Positions 1 through 14,388 are shown, counted from the whole stretch's first letter. The stretch: DNA of 63,865 nucleotides, filler included, from Welwitschia mirabilis (GCA_051453625.1; 5 parts of one record of this genome joined end to end with filler, not necessarily neighbours in it), one strand, 5' to 3'. Notes: generated by a model not told the origin, from the sequence alone. A program made the numbers and translations.

Positions 1-1283
1 ATGATAAGAATTGAAGGAGCTAGGGAATGATTTTCTGGAGGCTTGATCCTTTATACTATAAGAAGTTGATGCAAGGCTATTTTTTAGGTTATTAACTTTC
101 TTATTCCTAATATCAAGCTTATCTAGAAGGATCTTATTTCCTTTTCTAAGTTAATTTAATCTGTGAGCTAGATTTTAGCATTCCAAATATAATTCCAATT
201 TAATATCATTAAACATATCTTCACTAATGACTGAATCAATGTGAGAAGTAGAACATACTTTTTCATCGGATCATCATGAGAGAGATACCTCCACGTTATG
301 AATTTGAGTTTTATTTACTTTTACTTTTATCATCGTTCCATGTTGTAGATAGGACTTTCTTGCCTTTCTTTTATTATCCTTTTTGTTATTTGGGCAGACA
401 TTTGAAGTATGACCAAAACCTTTATAGAAATAGCATTGAATCTCATGACTTCTTTCATCTTTTCTTCTTGGTGGTCTCCTAGACTAATCTCCACCTTACC
501 ATCTTTGCATGAAGCATCTGAACCTTTTAGCTAAGAGGGCCACTTCATCATCGCTTTCTGGTTCTAGGTCAGACCCATCCTTGATTTCAGGAACTTTATG
601 TGTGGAAGATAGTGCCACACTCTTCTTCTTCTTCTGCTTTCAAATTTTAGCTCAAAAGTGTAAAGGTTCCCTTGGAGTTCATCTAGTTTCATGATGTTTA
701 GGTCGTTGTTTTCTTCTATAGTAATCACTTTTGATTCAAATCTTTTTGGTAGAGATCTCAAGGCTTTGTGAACCACTCTTGATTCTTTAATTGGTTCACC
801 TAATCCACACATAGAATTTACAATATCTGCTAGTTTTGCAAAGAAATAATTTATACCTTTATTATCTTCCATTTTTAGGTCCTTAAACTGGGTGATCAAC
901 ATTTAAAGCTTAGTCTGCTTTACCAGATTTGTTCCTTCATAAATAGTCTCTAAGATATCCCATGCTTCTTTAGTAGTGGTGCAGTTTACCACTCTTTTAA
1001 AATCTTCTAGGCCTAGGGCACAGAAGATAGCATTTAGGCCTTTGAAGTTGTAGGTTGTGGCTTGTTTCTCATATGGTGTCCATTTGTCCTTGCTTTTTGG
1101 AATTGTCAACTTGGTAACCGGATCCTGTATAGTAGGAGAACATTATCCATTAATAATAAACTCCCAGATTTCTAGGTTAATGGATTAAACAAAGACTCTC
1201 ATCTTTGCTTTCCAATAATCATAATTCTTTCCATTGAAGAAGGGAGGTCTTGTCACAGAGTTTTCTTTAGTGGGTTTACTCAT
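1..1283 (-). pseudogene. gag: Copia gag (DUF4219/UBN2 and zinc-knuckle region) with premature stops
   Basis: Reads MSKPTKENSVTRPPFFNGKNYDYWKAKMRVFV*SINLEIWE from the ATG at 1283. ORFs 903-1109 (KEAWDILETIYEGTNLVKQTKL) and 564-902 (RVVHKALRSLPKRFESKVITIEE) are UBN2-type gag. Confidence 0.9.
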
Positions 1284-1334
1284 TCTCTAAGGATGAGTGA
1301 AGTAGAGATCTATTAGGATCTATTGCTCAACCAT

Positions 1335-1346
1335 GCTCTGATACTA
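1335..1346 (-). promoter_or_regulatory. Primer-binding site (tRNA-iMet) of element F, decayed
   Basis: Minus strand TAGTATCAGAGC versus consensus TGGTATCAGAGC, 2 nt from the LTR end. Confidence 0.85.
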
Positions 1347-1348
1347 AT

Positions 1349-2590
1349 TAATAGCTAAGGATCATCCCTAGAGGGGGGTTGAATAGGTCTTTTAAGTTTT
1401 GTCTCTTTATTCTTCACGACTTATAAAAACAATAAGTATAAAGAAATACTAACACAAGGTATTTAATGGTGGATAGATACCACCCTTCAGCTTTGTATAC
1501 TCCTTGTCCTAGCTGGCATATATTCACTCACAAGAATGGTTTTCAGGCTTACCAAATAACATTTCACAACTAATGAGGATTTTATGGCTTATCCTCAACC
1601 AAGAACAAATGATAGAAAGAAGGATGCACTAATGCCGAGATGTGATCTCTAAAGTACATCAATTTTCTTTTCAAGAAAATGCAATGATGCAAGTACAACA
1701 GGAATCTGAACCTTTTTGGAATGTTTAGATGTGATAGTAGAAAGTATAATAGTCCTTATTCAATCTTGGATTTGACAAAACAGTATGAGTCCCCTCTAGT
1801 GAGTAGAGGAAAGATTTTATACTTAAGATGTAATATATGACCATTTTCTCAAAAAAAAAATGAACCATTGTAATTTTCTAAGGAGCCGTTGTGCTTTTGC
1901 TAATGAACCATTGTGTTCATAACAGTTACATTTTTCCATCTCATGGTCGGCCTTTCATTATGTTTAGTCGACTGTAACTGTAGTCGCCATTATTCTAACA
2001 TTTGGTCACCCTTACTTATTATAGATTTCTCAGTACAGGATATGCTACAAATTCAGTCACCCTTGTGAAAATACTCGGTCACCCTTAGTTAGGTCACCCT
2101 AATCATTTCTACCTAGTCGATCTTATGAGAGGATATTCCTAGTAGAATGTGGTCGCTTGATTTCATTTTATGCAGTCGGCCTAAAATCACCGGTTCATGT
2201 TCTACTTATTATTGTGCGGTCACCCGTATATTAACTGTTAGTCGCCTATACTGCTATCAGATAGATTCTTACTGCATGTCATGCAGTCGCCCATATAAAT
2301 CTCCTTGGTTGCTTATCTTTTTATTAGGTTGGATTTCACTGCGTGTGTTGTAGTTACCCATATGAAAGAGTTCGATCGCCTGTACTACTATCAGATTTGA
2401 TTAGGCTAAGTGAAATGCGATCGCCCGTTTAAGAATGGCAGTCGCTCATGTATTAACTAGTCTTCTTTATGTTGTCTTAGTTCGGTCACCCGGTAAGTCA
2501 TGTGTAGTCTCCCGATGCTAAAAGTTACCTACACAAAAGACTAACTTACAAAAACTCATTAAATTAATCAATGAGAATGGGTTCTTAACA
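1349..2590 (-). repeat. 5' LTR of Sirevirus F (~1.24 kb) with a cluster of GGTCACCC/GTCGCC repeated motifs
   Basis: Aligns along its length with 32253-33930 and shares the terminal GGGTTCTTAACA. The motif cluster lies at ~1940-2515. Confidence 0.85.
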
Positions 2591-4942
2591 TTTTCGATTT
2601 TCATGATGCTTATATTATTACACGTGCATGATGCATTCTAGTAATAAGGCCAATAAAAAGCATAATGCACTTTACACCACGGAAGAAGAGCCTAGTATCT
2701 CTCATTGAAACAAGAATTGTTTGTTATTTGTTACCCCCCCCAAAAAAGTGGGGGGAAGACATGAATCAAATCAACTACTCAACCCTAAAAAAATTAGAAG
2801 AACTATTCCTTAAGAACTTAGAATGATATGTTGATCAATGTAAATAAGATTTAAGAATATCCATTGACTTACATAAATCTAAATTACTTATGCATATAAA
2901 AAAGAATTAATTTTATCTTAAGTTATTAAAGAGAATAAAAACCATTTTATCATGTGCTTTGAAAAACTAAAGAAGACGTAGAAACTCCTAGAAATAAGAA
3001 TAAATTGAAACTAGAATCAAAAGTAATTTTATTACCTTTATAAAAAGAACTTAAATATCTATTGGATGGAATTTGAGAATAAACATGATTTAAATTGGTA
3101 ATAGAAGAAAGAACCAACAATCCACCAAAAGTAAAACTCTACAAAAATTAATTAAATTTTACCAATTTGAAAATTTATTAGTAGTATATAAACACTTTGG
3201 TATCTTAGATTAAAATATTAATATAGGAATGAACCCACATCACACACTCACTAAAGACATCCTTTGGATAAGTTTTGAAGCTAATGCCTTTCTTCTTTTT
3301 CTCCTTCTAGACTTCATATTCTAATTTATTTCCTATTATGTGTTGCCTTTAGAATTTGTCTATATATAGGGAAAATATTAAATAAATTTACCTCTTTTTC
3401 ACACTACTTAAAAAATGGATTATTTTTTAATCTATAGTGCAGAAATAATGTCTTTTCCTCTTTCTCACATCCTATAAAACAAAAAGGGATTTTTTTTAAA
3501 TAGTCTTAACTATAATGAACTCCTTTAAAATTCTTGAACTTTACTAAAATCAAATAGTCTAAACAATAATATCATGCTCATAAACTTGTAGTGTTAGTTA
3601 ATAATATTATTGAGCTTTTTGAAGAGAAATCACATGAAATTCATTTAGAAGGTTTACATGGCATTTGTGTTGAATTCAACATTAGCAATTTTTTGTGAGG
3701 TTTATCTTACATTTAGGGTTGATAGCTTCATGAGATTTAGGTAACCTTCCTTGTGGCCACATGGATTCAAATTTTAGATCATATTTCTTTGTGACTAGAT
3801 TAATTAAGATCCAAGAATTTCAAATCATAAAGTATTTCTAATTGAATAAGTTGAACTTCAAGTGGTATTTCTACTTATAATGTGATAATATCTAAAAATT
3901 AACATTTATCTCAAGAGTCTTAGATAATTTTATCATAGTGAAGACATTAACCTAATTGATTTAATCATAAATATATGTCTTCAACTATTTTTTATGCCAT
4001 ACTTGAACTTATGCACTTTCCCATGAAAATTTTATATAAAATTATGGTTTTTAGATAACATAGCAAAATATTAATATAATCTAGCTAAAATTCTAGTGCC
4101 AGTATCTAGATCATTAGTACCACTAGTCCTTTTAAGTAGAATACTTCCAAACTTACATTTTGAAACTATCATGAAAAAGCAACCAACTTCTAGTTATGGA
4201 CTTACTTAGTTATGACATAAAAAACAACCATTATCTTCAATGACATGTGACAGTGGTGTAGGAGACATGTGGCAGTGACATGGGGTAGTTACATATGTGG
4301 TAACATTAGAGACACATGGTTATAATGCTAGTTGATATAGGCATCATGACCCAAAGGGCAAATGTTAAACTTGTAATGATAAACCTTTAATAAATACTAT
4401 AAGATGGAAGATCCAACCACCATGACAAAGAATTAAAATCACCTACCTAACACTAAAAGATAAACCAACCTAAACTTATCCTCACCTATAAAAAGAACCA
4501 AGAGACCCTTAGTATCTATTGAATCTAAACTTTGATTGACAAAGGCTTTGTGATGGAGTATTCCTAATGATGTCTAAGCTTCTTTTTTGGGAGTAAGCTA
4601 GATTTGAGGCTAGATTCCAGGAGTCTATATCAGCTTTACTTTCATCCTTCAATGTAATAAAATCCCTATTTTTAATAAAGTAATAGATATTAATTCTTGA
4701 TTTTGAGTTTCAATTAATCTTGTACTTTGAATATGTGAGTGAGGTTAAGTCCTTTCATTACCATGTGAGTTTTATGTGATTACCTTTGGCTGTAGTCATC
4801 TTATTTGATGGATCTTTAGCATAATAGTTCTTACTTTTCATGCTTATTTTAGGTTATGAAAGATCAAGTAGACTGAGGAATACACTAATACTCATGTGGT
4901 GGATGATATTAGATCACCATGATTTGAGCCATAATGGCTTAA

Positions 4943-7900
4943 TGTAACACTCTTGAATTTTCACTCAAATTGCATCTAATTTTTTTTTAAAATTATTAAT
5001 TAATTACATAATTCACTGATACATTGGATCAATTGGGTTACAATTAAAAGACATACTCTAAATTACCCATAAGCTATCCCTTAAAAAAACTATATGATGA
5101 TAGCTCACCTGACCAACACCATAGTCTAACTTAAGAACATCTAGAAGACTCAATTAGGAACACAGAATAAAGGTATGAAGTCACACTAAAGTGGATGATT
5201 AGCCTAAAATGAGTAACCATGCCTATGTATCCTTTTCTAGAGGAGATTATACTAGACATGGTTCTATCTTGGATCTTATCTCACCACTAATATATGTACA
5301 TGTGTGATAGGTCCAGGTGATTAATATCATTAAGAAAATGAGCTAACAAAATGCTAGATCTAATCAAGACACAACATCGATATAAATCCACAAAAACTAA
5401 TCATATAATATATATCCATATAAAATATAGAAAATAACTAGGTAAGTATCACATGGATCTCTAGTTTAATCATTCATTAGCCACTACTCTTAGGCCATGA
5501 TCTTACAAGTCCATATATTAGTAGGCTTGACCACACATGGCTCATGTGAATCGATCTTGTATAATACCACTATCTAGATGTACCCTTCACTTGGCAACTA
5601 CATAACCTTATTATGAGGATCGTCTACATGTATCATACCATCATCCGTAGATCAATTATATACAATTGCATCCTCTATGACATGTGTCCGCCACTGGGTA
5701 AAACATGACCTCTTAGTTATGTAGTCGATCTCCTACTAATTAACCATCCATATCATATATTGTAAATCGACCATATGCTTGCTCCTTAAAGGAGCTCACC
5801 CATCTCTAGGTAAATCATGACCTCTTAGTCATGAAGGTCAATCTCCCATCCTACATCATCCATATGTATGCCTTTCATAAATGCTACCTTTTGTAAAGTT
5901 TGGGACATACTAAACTAATCCTTTTATAATGAACAAAATAGATATAGAAATAGATAATGTGTATCAGATAAAAACATCAAATCTATAAGTCTATATGTCA
6001 CTAGATTAGAGATCTGGATCAATTAACATCTAGTACAAATAAATGATGATGAAAGACACAAATATACGAATCCACTATATAATATACTATTCTCATATGT
6101 CATCATAATAGTTGTATTATGTCCATTATAAGTCAATTTACATTAACTATCATAATCAAATTATTATCATATCGATTATTAATCTATCTTACATACATCT
6201 GTAGATCATCACTATCCAATCAACTAAGATTAAAGTATGTCTTAGTCATCAATGTCATTATTATAGCCAGGTGTATTTATATTTAGGTTATTAGTTGAAG
6301 ATAATTACTACCTTAAAGATTATTTCAAATGATATCACACACACATCCAAGACCTTCCAAGGCAACCTAATAATCTCATTAATATCATAAGGATTAACAT
6401 CAGTATCCAATCTCATTGTGTACTCGCATGTATCATTAAGCATGATTAGAACATTAAGATAGACGATTCATCACCAACAAGCAAGAGAGTATGACCATTT
6501 GAGTAATAGTTACTAAGATGATAATCGCCTTAGTTAGATTTTATTATAGTTAATCATGATTAAGGATAGTTAAGTGTTACATCCCATTTATCAATCATTT
6601 ACACATGTAGTTCTTTGTTTAGGTCCTAATAGAATCCATCATACTTTCACTGCGTAACTATGATATCTAGATTAATATAATTATGGATATAACACTCTAG
6701 GGGTTATGGGCCCATTATTCATTTTAATTAACATAAATACAGATCCATAGTATTATTTATCTATCCTTCTATTCATTAGGAATATAATATTAATACTTAT
6801 TAGTCATTATTTATCATTAGGATTGGTGTAACTTATATTCATGCTTGTTTCCCATTCCATATGATGTCTAATATCTTAAAGGAAGATTAATTAAGTAATT
6901 CTAAACACCATTACTTATTAATTTTGCCATGCTTTTGTTATCATCATAATTAAGCCTTTAGTTTACACTTTACTGCTACATAAGACTCATGTTATTATGT
7001 TAATCATATCACTATAATGCTACTAAATATGTTATTACATTGTCATTAGATATTTGCCAAGGTTGTTTAAACAAAAGTTTTGTTAATTAATGAAACCTTA
7101 CAATTGTATTACATAACTCATGTGTCAACAACCTTAAGTAAAGAACAAGAGGTTTCTAACAAGATGCTTGTAGATATCTATTATGTTTCCTATATTTCTA
7201 TTATAACTAATGTCATTAACACAATATTCATTAATAAATAGAAATCTACATTTATATATACATATATATTTCTACTATCTTCCATTATCATACTATATGC
7301 AATTTTGCTAATATGAAACTTACTAACTATAACTTATAAATCTATGGTTATAATATTAATATCACAACTTAGGAGATACCAAATTAAGAAGGATATAGCA
7401 TACAAATTGTGCTAATAAGCAAATTCATCATAAATAAAGGTTGGACCATAATATTAAATTAAAAATTATAATATTACAAGGTGAGCTTAAAACCTTGATT
7501 CTCATTTACTTCCTTTTCATTTTACTATATCATATCAATATAATTGCGTAGGATTACCCCTTTATGTTTTAGTCTATCCATCCTGTCCTTTATCCTGTAT
7601 TTCTAAATGGTTATATAACTAGTTTTTATATATGTAATTCCATGTATAATTATTCCAAAATTTCTATCATTATACTTCACCTTTTAGCATTAAATTTCTT
7701 AACACTTTGCCTATCCATTAGCCCTCAGTATTTACCTTTTTATGATATGTTATATTTTCTATTTTATACTATCATCACCTTTATTTAATCTTTACCCCTT
7801 AATGTTTACTTCTATGCCTTATTTTCATTTACTAAGAAGTTTTCCATTTACTTATAAAATTAGTTTCACTCCTTTATACTTTTAAAGTGCATATTCTTAT

Positions 7901-10900
7901 AAATCTATTTAAAGCACTATGGAAGGATAAGTATGTAGATAGGATAAAGGTATACAATTCTTGACTTTGCTAGGTTTTATTCAACTTTGACCATGGTTTG
8001 GATGACAAATCCAAGATTACTAGGCTAACATACTACTAACGATATATTTATTTAATAAACCATTAAAATATTTTTAAAAAGTGAAAATTAATAAAAGGAA
8101 GGACATGTTAAATATATAATAACATTTTTATCATAAATTTCCACATGTTATTTTATAAGACTTTGTTATTCATCTTTTCTACCTTTACTCCTATTATATC
8201 TATAACTAAGAATATTAAGAGGTGAGAAGCCATATAATTTATTTCTCACCACTTAATATCACCCTTGACATCTTCTTATATATATACCATATCATCTATA
8301 AGTATTAACCTTATATATATATATAATTTGGTACTTACTTATTACTTCTGCATAATATAATTTTCTATATAATATTTATTATGATATTTACCTTTATGAA
8401 ATATAATTTACTATACAATTTTCTTAGACCTTTACAAAATATAACTTACAATAGCTTATGGCCCCTTCTTATCCTTTCAACATTAATAACTGTATTTTTT
8501 GTTCCCAAAGAATGCAAGCTTAAGCCCTCTTTTCAAAATTTGATTCATGCATGATGGACACGAGTGAAATCCTCCTTTCCCCACGTGTCTCACGCGTAGC
8601 CATTTCAGCCCCTAAGACTCTCAAGTCCCCCTTATCCGAGCTCCAACCCCTCGTTTCCATAACGCCGTCCCGTTTTTCACCTCAACGTCTCACAATGGGT
8701 CTCCTTTGTCGGTGTCCGTTCTCACAATCTCACGGCGTTTCTCTGCACCAGTGTCCCTCCTTTCGGTGCACCATTCGTGCTCATGACACCGCTCCTTCAG
8801 TTATTTTTCATCTACGCGCTCATGTTTAGATGCAAGGCAATAAAGGGTATACACTATTTAGCCATGCAAATGAAGTATAAAAACATGTATAGAGGGTCTA
8901 TGAAATTCAAACATAGAGAAATTAATTGCTAGACTAGTGTTACTTCTAACACAAAAATATCTTTTTAAAATAATAAACCTACTTGTAGAAATAAATATTG
9001 CTTGCTAACTTCTTGGCTTTAGTTGAAGAATAATAGCATCTTCCAACCTAGAAGACCTAAACATACATTTCAATAATTGAAGAAAATCTTCTACGAAACT
9101 TAGAAGTTTAATAGAGGAACTTAGAAGATAAGCCAAAACTAAGAGTTCTGACATAAGGAAATTTAACAAGAATAGTTTAGATTTAGACACACATAAGCAT
9201 ATTCTCTAATTATTTAATAATAAATGCAATGCTATACTGTTAAACATCTAAAGAAAATCACCTTTACTTCATATGAGAAAAGCATAATTCCAACTATATT
9301 CAAAAATTGTATTTTGTAAAGCCTTTATTTTAACAGAAAGATCTTTGTTCTTAGTAACTAAATAAGCTAACTGCAACTATCATATCTATTTTAATGTTTA
9401 ATTAAAAAGGTTTAATAAATAGAAAAAGGCTAATGGACTTATCTCATAGGCTGAAGTTGAAAGAGAGATCATCCTTCTTCTCCTTAATAGGAACTCCCTT
9501 CTTCATCCTTTTCTTCAATGAACCACAGTGGATGAATGTAGTCATTAATTGTTATGGGAATTGTAGAGTCTAACCCTCTTCCAATTGCAAAGGGTAGATT
9601 TTAATGGTTAACTAAATTTAACCCTACAAGTCACTTGTCTCTATGCATGAGTCCATCATGCATAGAGCCATCTTCTTCTCATGCATAATGCCACATCCTT
9701 AATATGCAGCCACCTTGCCACCTCACCAAGAGTTTGATGCCATATATAACTTGACATTGCCACCTATAATCATTTAGTAAAATTCTCCATTTAATATTAC
9801 TAACATATAACATTTTTTATATTCCAGTTAATACTTAAGGCATTTTAATTTAAGCTAATCTATTATATCTTAATTAATTATTACTTACTAACCAACCATT
9901 TAATAACCATATCCTTACTCCTTAATCATTTATATTATTATATTTTATTTATTAGCTATTAGTTATATAATATTGACATTAAGACATAATTCACAATGCC
10001 ATTCAAAACATCCAAGATCTTAAACTTTTTCATGATTATACTAACTAATAAAAATAATATACTTATCATATATTCTTAACTAAATTATTAATACATTTAA
10101 CCAAAAAGATCTATTTCTAATATTATAATTCCATTAATACTCATTAATCATATATTATGATTTTAATAACATTTTAACCTTCCCTTTAATTTCTTAACCA
10201 CAAACCTTATTTATTTAACAAGAATAGTTTAGATTTAGACACATGTAAGCGTATTCTATAATTATTTCAAATGATATCACACACAAATCCAAGACTTTCC
10301 AAGGCAACCTAATAATATCATTAATATCATAAGGATCAACATCAGTATCCAATCTCATTGTGTACTTGCATGTATCATTAAGCATGATTAGAACATCAAG
10401 ATAGATGATTCATCACTAACAAGAATGAGAATATGACAGTTTGAATAATAATTATTAAGCTCATAATCGCCTTAGTTAGAGTTTATTATTGTTAATCATG
10501 ATTAAAGACAATTAATTGTTAAATCCCATTTATCAATCATTTACACATGTAGTTCTTTGCTTATGTCCTAATAAAATCCATCATACTTTCACTGTGTAAC
10601 TATGATATCTAGATTAATCTAATTATGGATATAACACTCTATGGGTTATGGGCCCATTATTCATTTCAATTAACATAAACATAGATCCATAGTATTATTT
10701 ATCTATCCTCCTATTCATTAGGAATAAATAGTATAACTTATTAGTCATTATTTATCATCAGGATTGGTGTAATTTATATTCATATTCATTTCCCATTCCA
10801 TATGATTTCTAATATCTTAAAGGAAGATTAATTAAGTAATTCTAAACACCATTACTTATTAATTTTGCCATGCCTTTGTTATCATCACAATTAAGCCTTT

Positions 10901-12756
10901 AGTTTACACTTTACCACTACATAAAACTCNNNNNNNNNNTACTAAATATGTTATTACATTGCCATTAGATATTTGCCAAGGTCGTTTAAACAAAATTTTT
11001 TGCTAATTAATGAAACCTTACAATTGTATTACATAACTCGTGCATGAACAACCTTAAGTGAAGAACAAGAGGTTTCTAACAAAATGCTTGTAGCTATCTA
11101 GTATGTCCCCTATATTTCTATTATAACTAATGTCATTAACATAATATTCATTAACAAATAGAAATCTACATTTACGTATACATATATATTTCTACTATCT
11201 TCCATTATCATACTGTATGTAATTTTGCTAATATGAAACTTACTAACTATAACTTATAAATCAATGGTTATAATATAATATCACAACTTAAGAGATACCA
11301 ACTTAAGAATGCTATAGCATACAAATTATGCTAATAAGCAAACTCATNNNNNNNNNNNNNNNNNNNNNNNNNNNNNNNNNNNNNNNNNNNNNNNNNNNNN
11401 NNNNNNNNNNNNNNNNNNNNNNNNNNNNNNNNNNNNNNNNNNNNNNNNNNNNNNNNNNNNNNNNNNNNNNNNNNNNNNNNNNNNNNNNNNNNNNNNNNNN
11501 NNNNNNNNNNNNNNNNNNNNNNNNNNNNNNNNNNNNNNNNNNNNNNNNNNNNNNNNNNNNNNNNNNNNNNNNNNNNNNNNNNNNNNNNNNNNNNNNNNNN
11601 NNNNNNNNNNNNNNNNNNNNNNNNNNNNNNNNNNNNNNNNNNNNNNNNNNNNNNNNNNNNNNNNNNNNNNNNNNNNNNNNNNNNNNNNNNNNNNNNNNNN
11701 NNNNNNNNNNNNNNNNNNNNNNNNNNNNNNNNNNNNNNNNNNNNNNNNNNNNNNNNNNNNNNNNNNNNNNNNNNNNNNNNNNNNNNNNNNNNNNNNNNNN
11801 NNNNNNNNNNNNNNNNNNNNNNNNNNNNNNNNNNNNNNNNNNNNNNNNNNNNNNNNNNNNNNNNNNNNNNNNNNNNNNNNNNNNNNNNNNNNNNNNNNNN
11901 NNNNNNNNNNNNNNNNNNNNNNNNNNNNNNNNNNNNNNNNNNNNNNNNNNNNNNNNNNNNNNNNNNNNNNNNNNNNNNNNNNNNNNNNNNNNNNNNNNNN
12001 NNNNNNNNNNNNNNNNNNNNNNNNNNNNNNNNNNNNNNNNNNNNNNNNNNNNNNNNNNNNNNNNNNNNNNNNNNNNNNNNNNNNNNNNNNNNNNNNNNNN
12101 NNNNNNNNNNNNNNNNNNNNNNNNNNNNNNNNNNNNNNNNNNNNNNNNNNNNNNNNNNNNNNNNNNNNNNNNNNNNNNNNNNNNNNNNNATCTTCTTATA
12201 TATATATATACCATATCATCTATATGTATTAACCTTATATATATATATATAATTTGGTACTTACTTATTACTTCTGCATAATATAATTTTCTATATAATA
12301 TTTACTATGATATTTACCTTTATGAAATATAATTTACTATACAATTTTCTTAGACCTTTACAAAATATAATTTACAATAGCTTATGGCCCCTTCTTAACC
12401 TTTCAACATTAGTAACTGCATTTTTTGTTCCCAAAGAATGCANNNNNNNNNNNNNNNNNNNNNNNNNNNNNNNNNNNNNNNNNNNNTTAATTAATTAANN
12501 NNNNNNNNNNNNNNNNNNNNNNNNNNNNNNNNNNNNNNNNNNTAACCAAAAAAATCCATTTCTAATATTATAATTCCATTAATACTCATTAATCATATAT
12601 TATGATTTTAATAACATTTTAATCTTCCCTTTAATTTCTTAACCACAAACCTTATTTATTTAATCTATCAACCAGAGGTAATCAAGATCCCAATCCAAAC
12701 ATAAACCTAACTAACCACACATATGATCGAGCACACTATAAAAGCAGGGTATTACA
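4943..12756 (-). repeat. 3' LTR of element A (~5.4 kb core plus an internal duplication at 10218-12442)
   Basis: 4943-6455 aligns with 12878-14388, 6460-8825 with 35263-37375, and 8825-10218 plus 12543-12756 with 45253-46790. Ends ...GGGTATTACA at 12756. Confidence 0.85.
12443..12542. other. Artificial 100-bp scaffold spacer (Ns with TTAATTAATTAA); also at 30061-30160, 52743-52842 and 62178-62277
   Basis: The same 12-mer sits centred in exactly 100-bp N blocks four times. It is palindromic and gives stops in all six frames. Confidence 0.95.
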
Positions 12757-12877
12757 TCCTTTCCCCCTTAAGAAGTTTCCTCCTAGAAATTGCCATTAGA
12801 CACCAATGAAATGAACATATTACTTTTTGTATTAACTCAACTCACTCTGGATCAAATCCATAGCTTTGATACCAAAG
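12757..12877 (-). other. Entire internal domain of element A (121 bp): PBS (tRNA-iMet) at 12863-12874 and PPT at ~12757-12772
   Basis: Minus strand reads TGGTATCAAAGC ... CTTAAGGGGGAAAGGA, followed directly by TGTAATACCC. Confidence 0.85.
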
Positions 12878-14388
12878 TGGAACACTCTCAAATTTTCACT
12901 CAAATTACACCCAAATTTTTTTAAATCATTAATTAATTACATAATTAACTAACATAGTGGATTAATTAGGTTACAACTAAAAGACATACTCATAATTACT
13001 TATAGGCTATCCCTTAGCAGAGTTATATGATGATAGCTCACTTGACCAATGCCACATCCTAACTTGAACATCTAGAAGATTCAATTAGGAACATACAATA
13101 AAGGTGTGAAGTTACGATTGAGTGGGTGATTCACCTACATCAAGTAACCATGGCTATGTAAACTCATCTAGAGGAACTCAGACCACATGTAGTTTTGTCT
13201 TGGACCTTTTTTCTATTACCATCAATACACTTAGGTGTATGATAGGTCTAGATGGTCCGTATCAGTGAGCAAATAGACTAACAAAATTTTAGATTGAATA
13301 AAGACACAAAATCCATATAAATCCATAGAAAACATCATATAATATATATCTATATAAAATATAGGAAACAACTAGTTAAGTATTCTAGGGAGCTCTAATC
13401 CAGCCATCCATTTTTCACTACTATGGGGCTATGACCTCATAGGTCTATATATAAGCCAACTTAATTACACATGAATCATGTGAATCGATCTTATATTATC
13501 ACTATCTGTGCGTGTCCTTCACTATACTACCATATGACCTCATCATGAAGATCATCCACATATATCATACCATCATCCATAAATCGACTGTGTGAAGTTA
13601 TCTCTTTTATGAGGCTCACTTACCATTGGGAAAGACATGAACTCTTAGTTATGTAGTTGATTTCCCACCAATCAACCATTCATATCACATATTATAAATC
13701 AATCATATGCTTGCTCCTCAATGAAGCTCATACACCTTTGGGTAAAGCATGACCTCTTGATCATGAAGCTTGATCTCTCACCATACATCATTCATATATA
13801 TGCCTTTTGTAAAGGCAACCTTCCACAAAGATTGGAACATACTAAATTTCTCCTTTTATAACCAACAAAATGAATATAAATATAGATAACATATATCACA
13901 TAAAAACATAGAATTTATAAGCTCGTAAGACACTAGATTAGAGATCTATATCAATTAGGATCTAGTACACATGAATGATGATCAAAGACACAAATCTAAA
14001 AATACAATATACAAGATACTATTTTTGTATGCCATCATCATTAGTGTATTACATATATTATAAATTAATTTACATTTATTATCATGATTAAATCATTATC
14101 ATAACCAATTATTAATCTATCTGACGTATACCTTTAGATCATCATTAGCTGCTTAGGCTGATATTAGCCTATGTTTTAGTCATCAATATCATTAGCATAA
14201 CTAAGTATATTTTTAATTAGGTTATTAATTAAGGATAATTAATATATTAAAGATTATTTCTAATGATATCACACACAAATGCAAGATCTTCCAAGGTAAT
14301 CCAATAGTGTCATTAACACCATAATGATCAATATCAGTATCTAGTCTTATTTTATGCTCATAAGTATCATTAACCATGATTAGAACAT
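12878..14388 (-). repeat. 5' LTR of element A, segment 1 (interrupted by element B)
   Basis: Starts TGGAACACTCTCAAATTTTCACTCAAAT, matching TGTAACACTCTTGAATTTTCACTCAAAT at 4943. Confidence 0.85.

Larger units (their letters stand above)
1..2590 (-). mobile_element. Sirevirus (SIRE/Maximus-type Ty1/copia) LTR retrotransposon, 5' half (element F); continues beyond the window start
   Basis: On the minus strand: an LTR starting TGTTAAGAACCC at 2590, the Sirevirus-type LTR end motif CCTATTCAACCCCCCTCTAGG, a decayed tRNA-iMet PBS, then gag. Closely similar to element E at 29967-33930. Confidence 0.9.

Noticed and set aside
1940-2515. Regularly spaced short repeats suggesting a CRISPR-like array
   Set aside because: The repeats are short, degenerate and irregularly spaced Sirevirus LTR motifs in a plant context, with no cas genes.
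2615-2645. Possible Helitron 3' end (CACGTGCATGATGCATTCTAG-T)
   Set aside because: The hairpin is weak and there is no 5' TC terminus or Rep/helicase evidence.
2596-4937. Unassigned region with GACATGTGGCA-like repeats (4240-4320) and a C-run/G-run hairpin (2734-2755)
   Set aside because: Probably old LTR remnants, but I could not define termini, a TSD or a protein motif.
8551-8829. 92-aa ORF in the GC-rich patch as a host gene
   Set aside because: It lies inside A's LTR, has no recognisable domain, and is not preserved in the sister LTR. Local GC richness explains the open frame.
11312-12281. Long ORFs of 300-317 aa, and similar ones at 15971-16525 and 52141-52554
   Set aside because: They are made of N-gap X residues.
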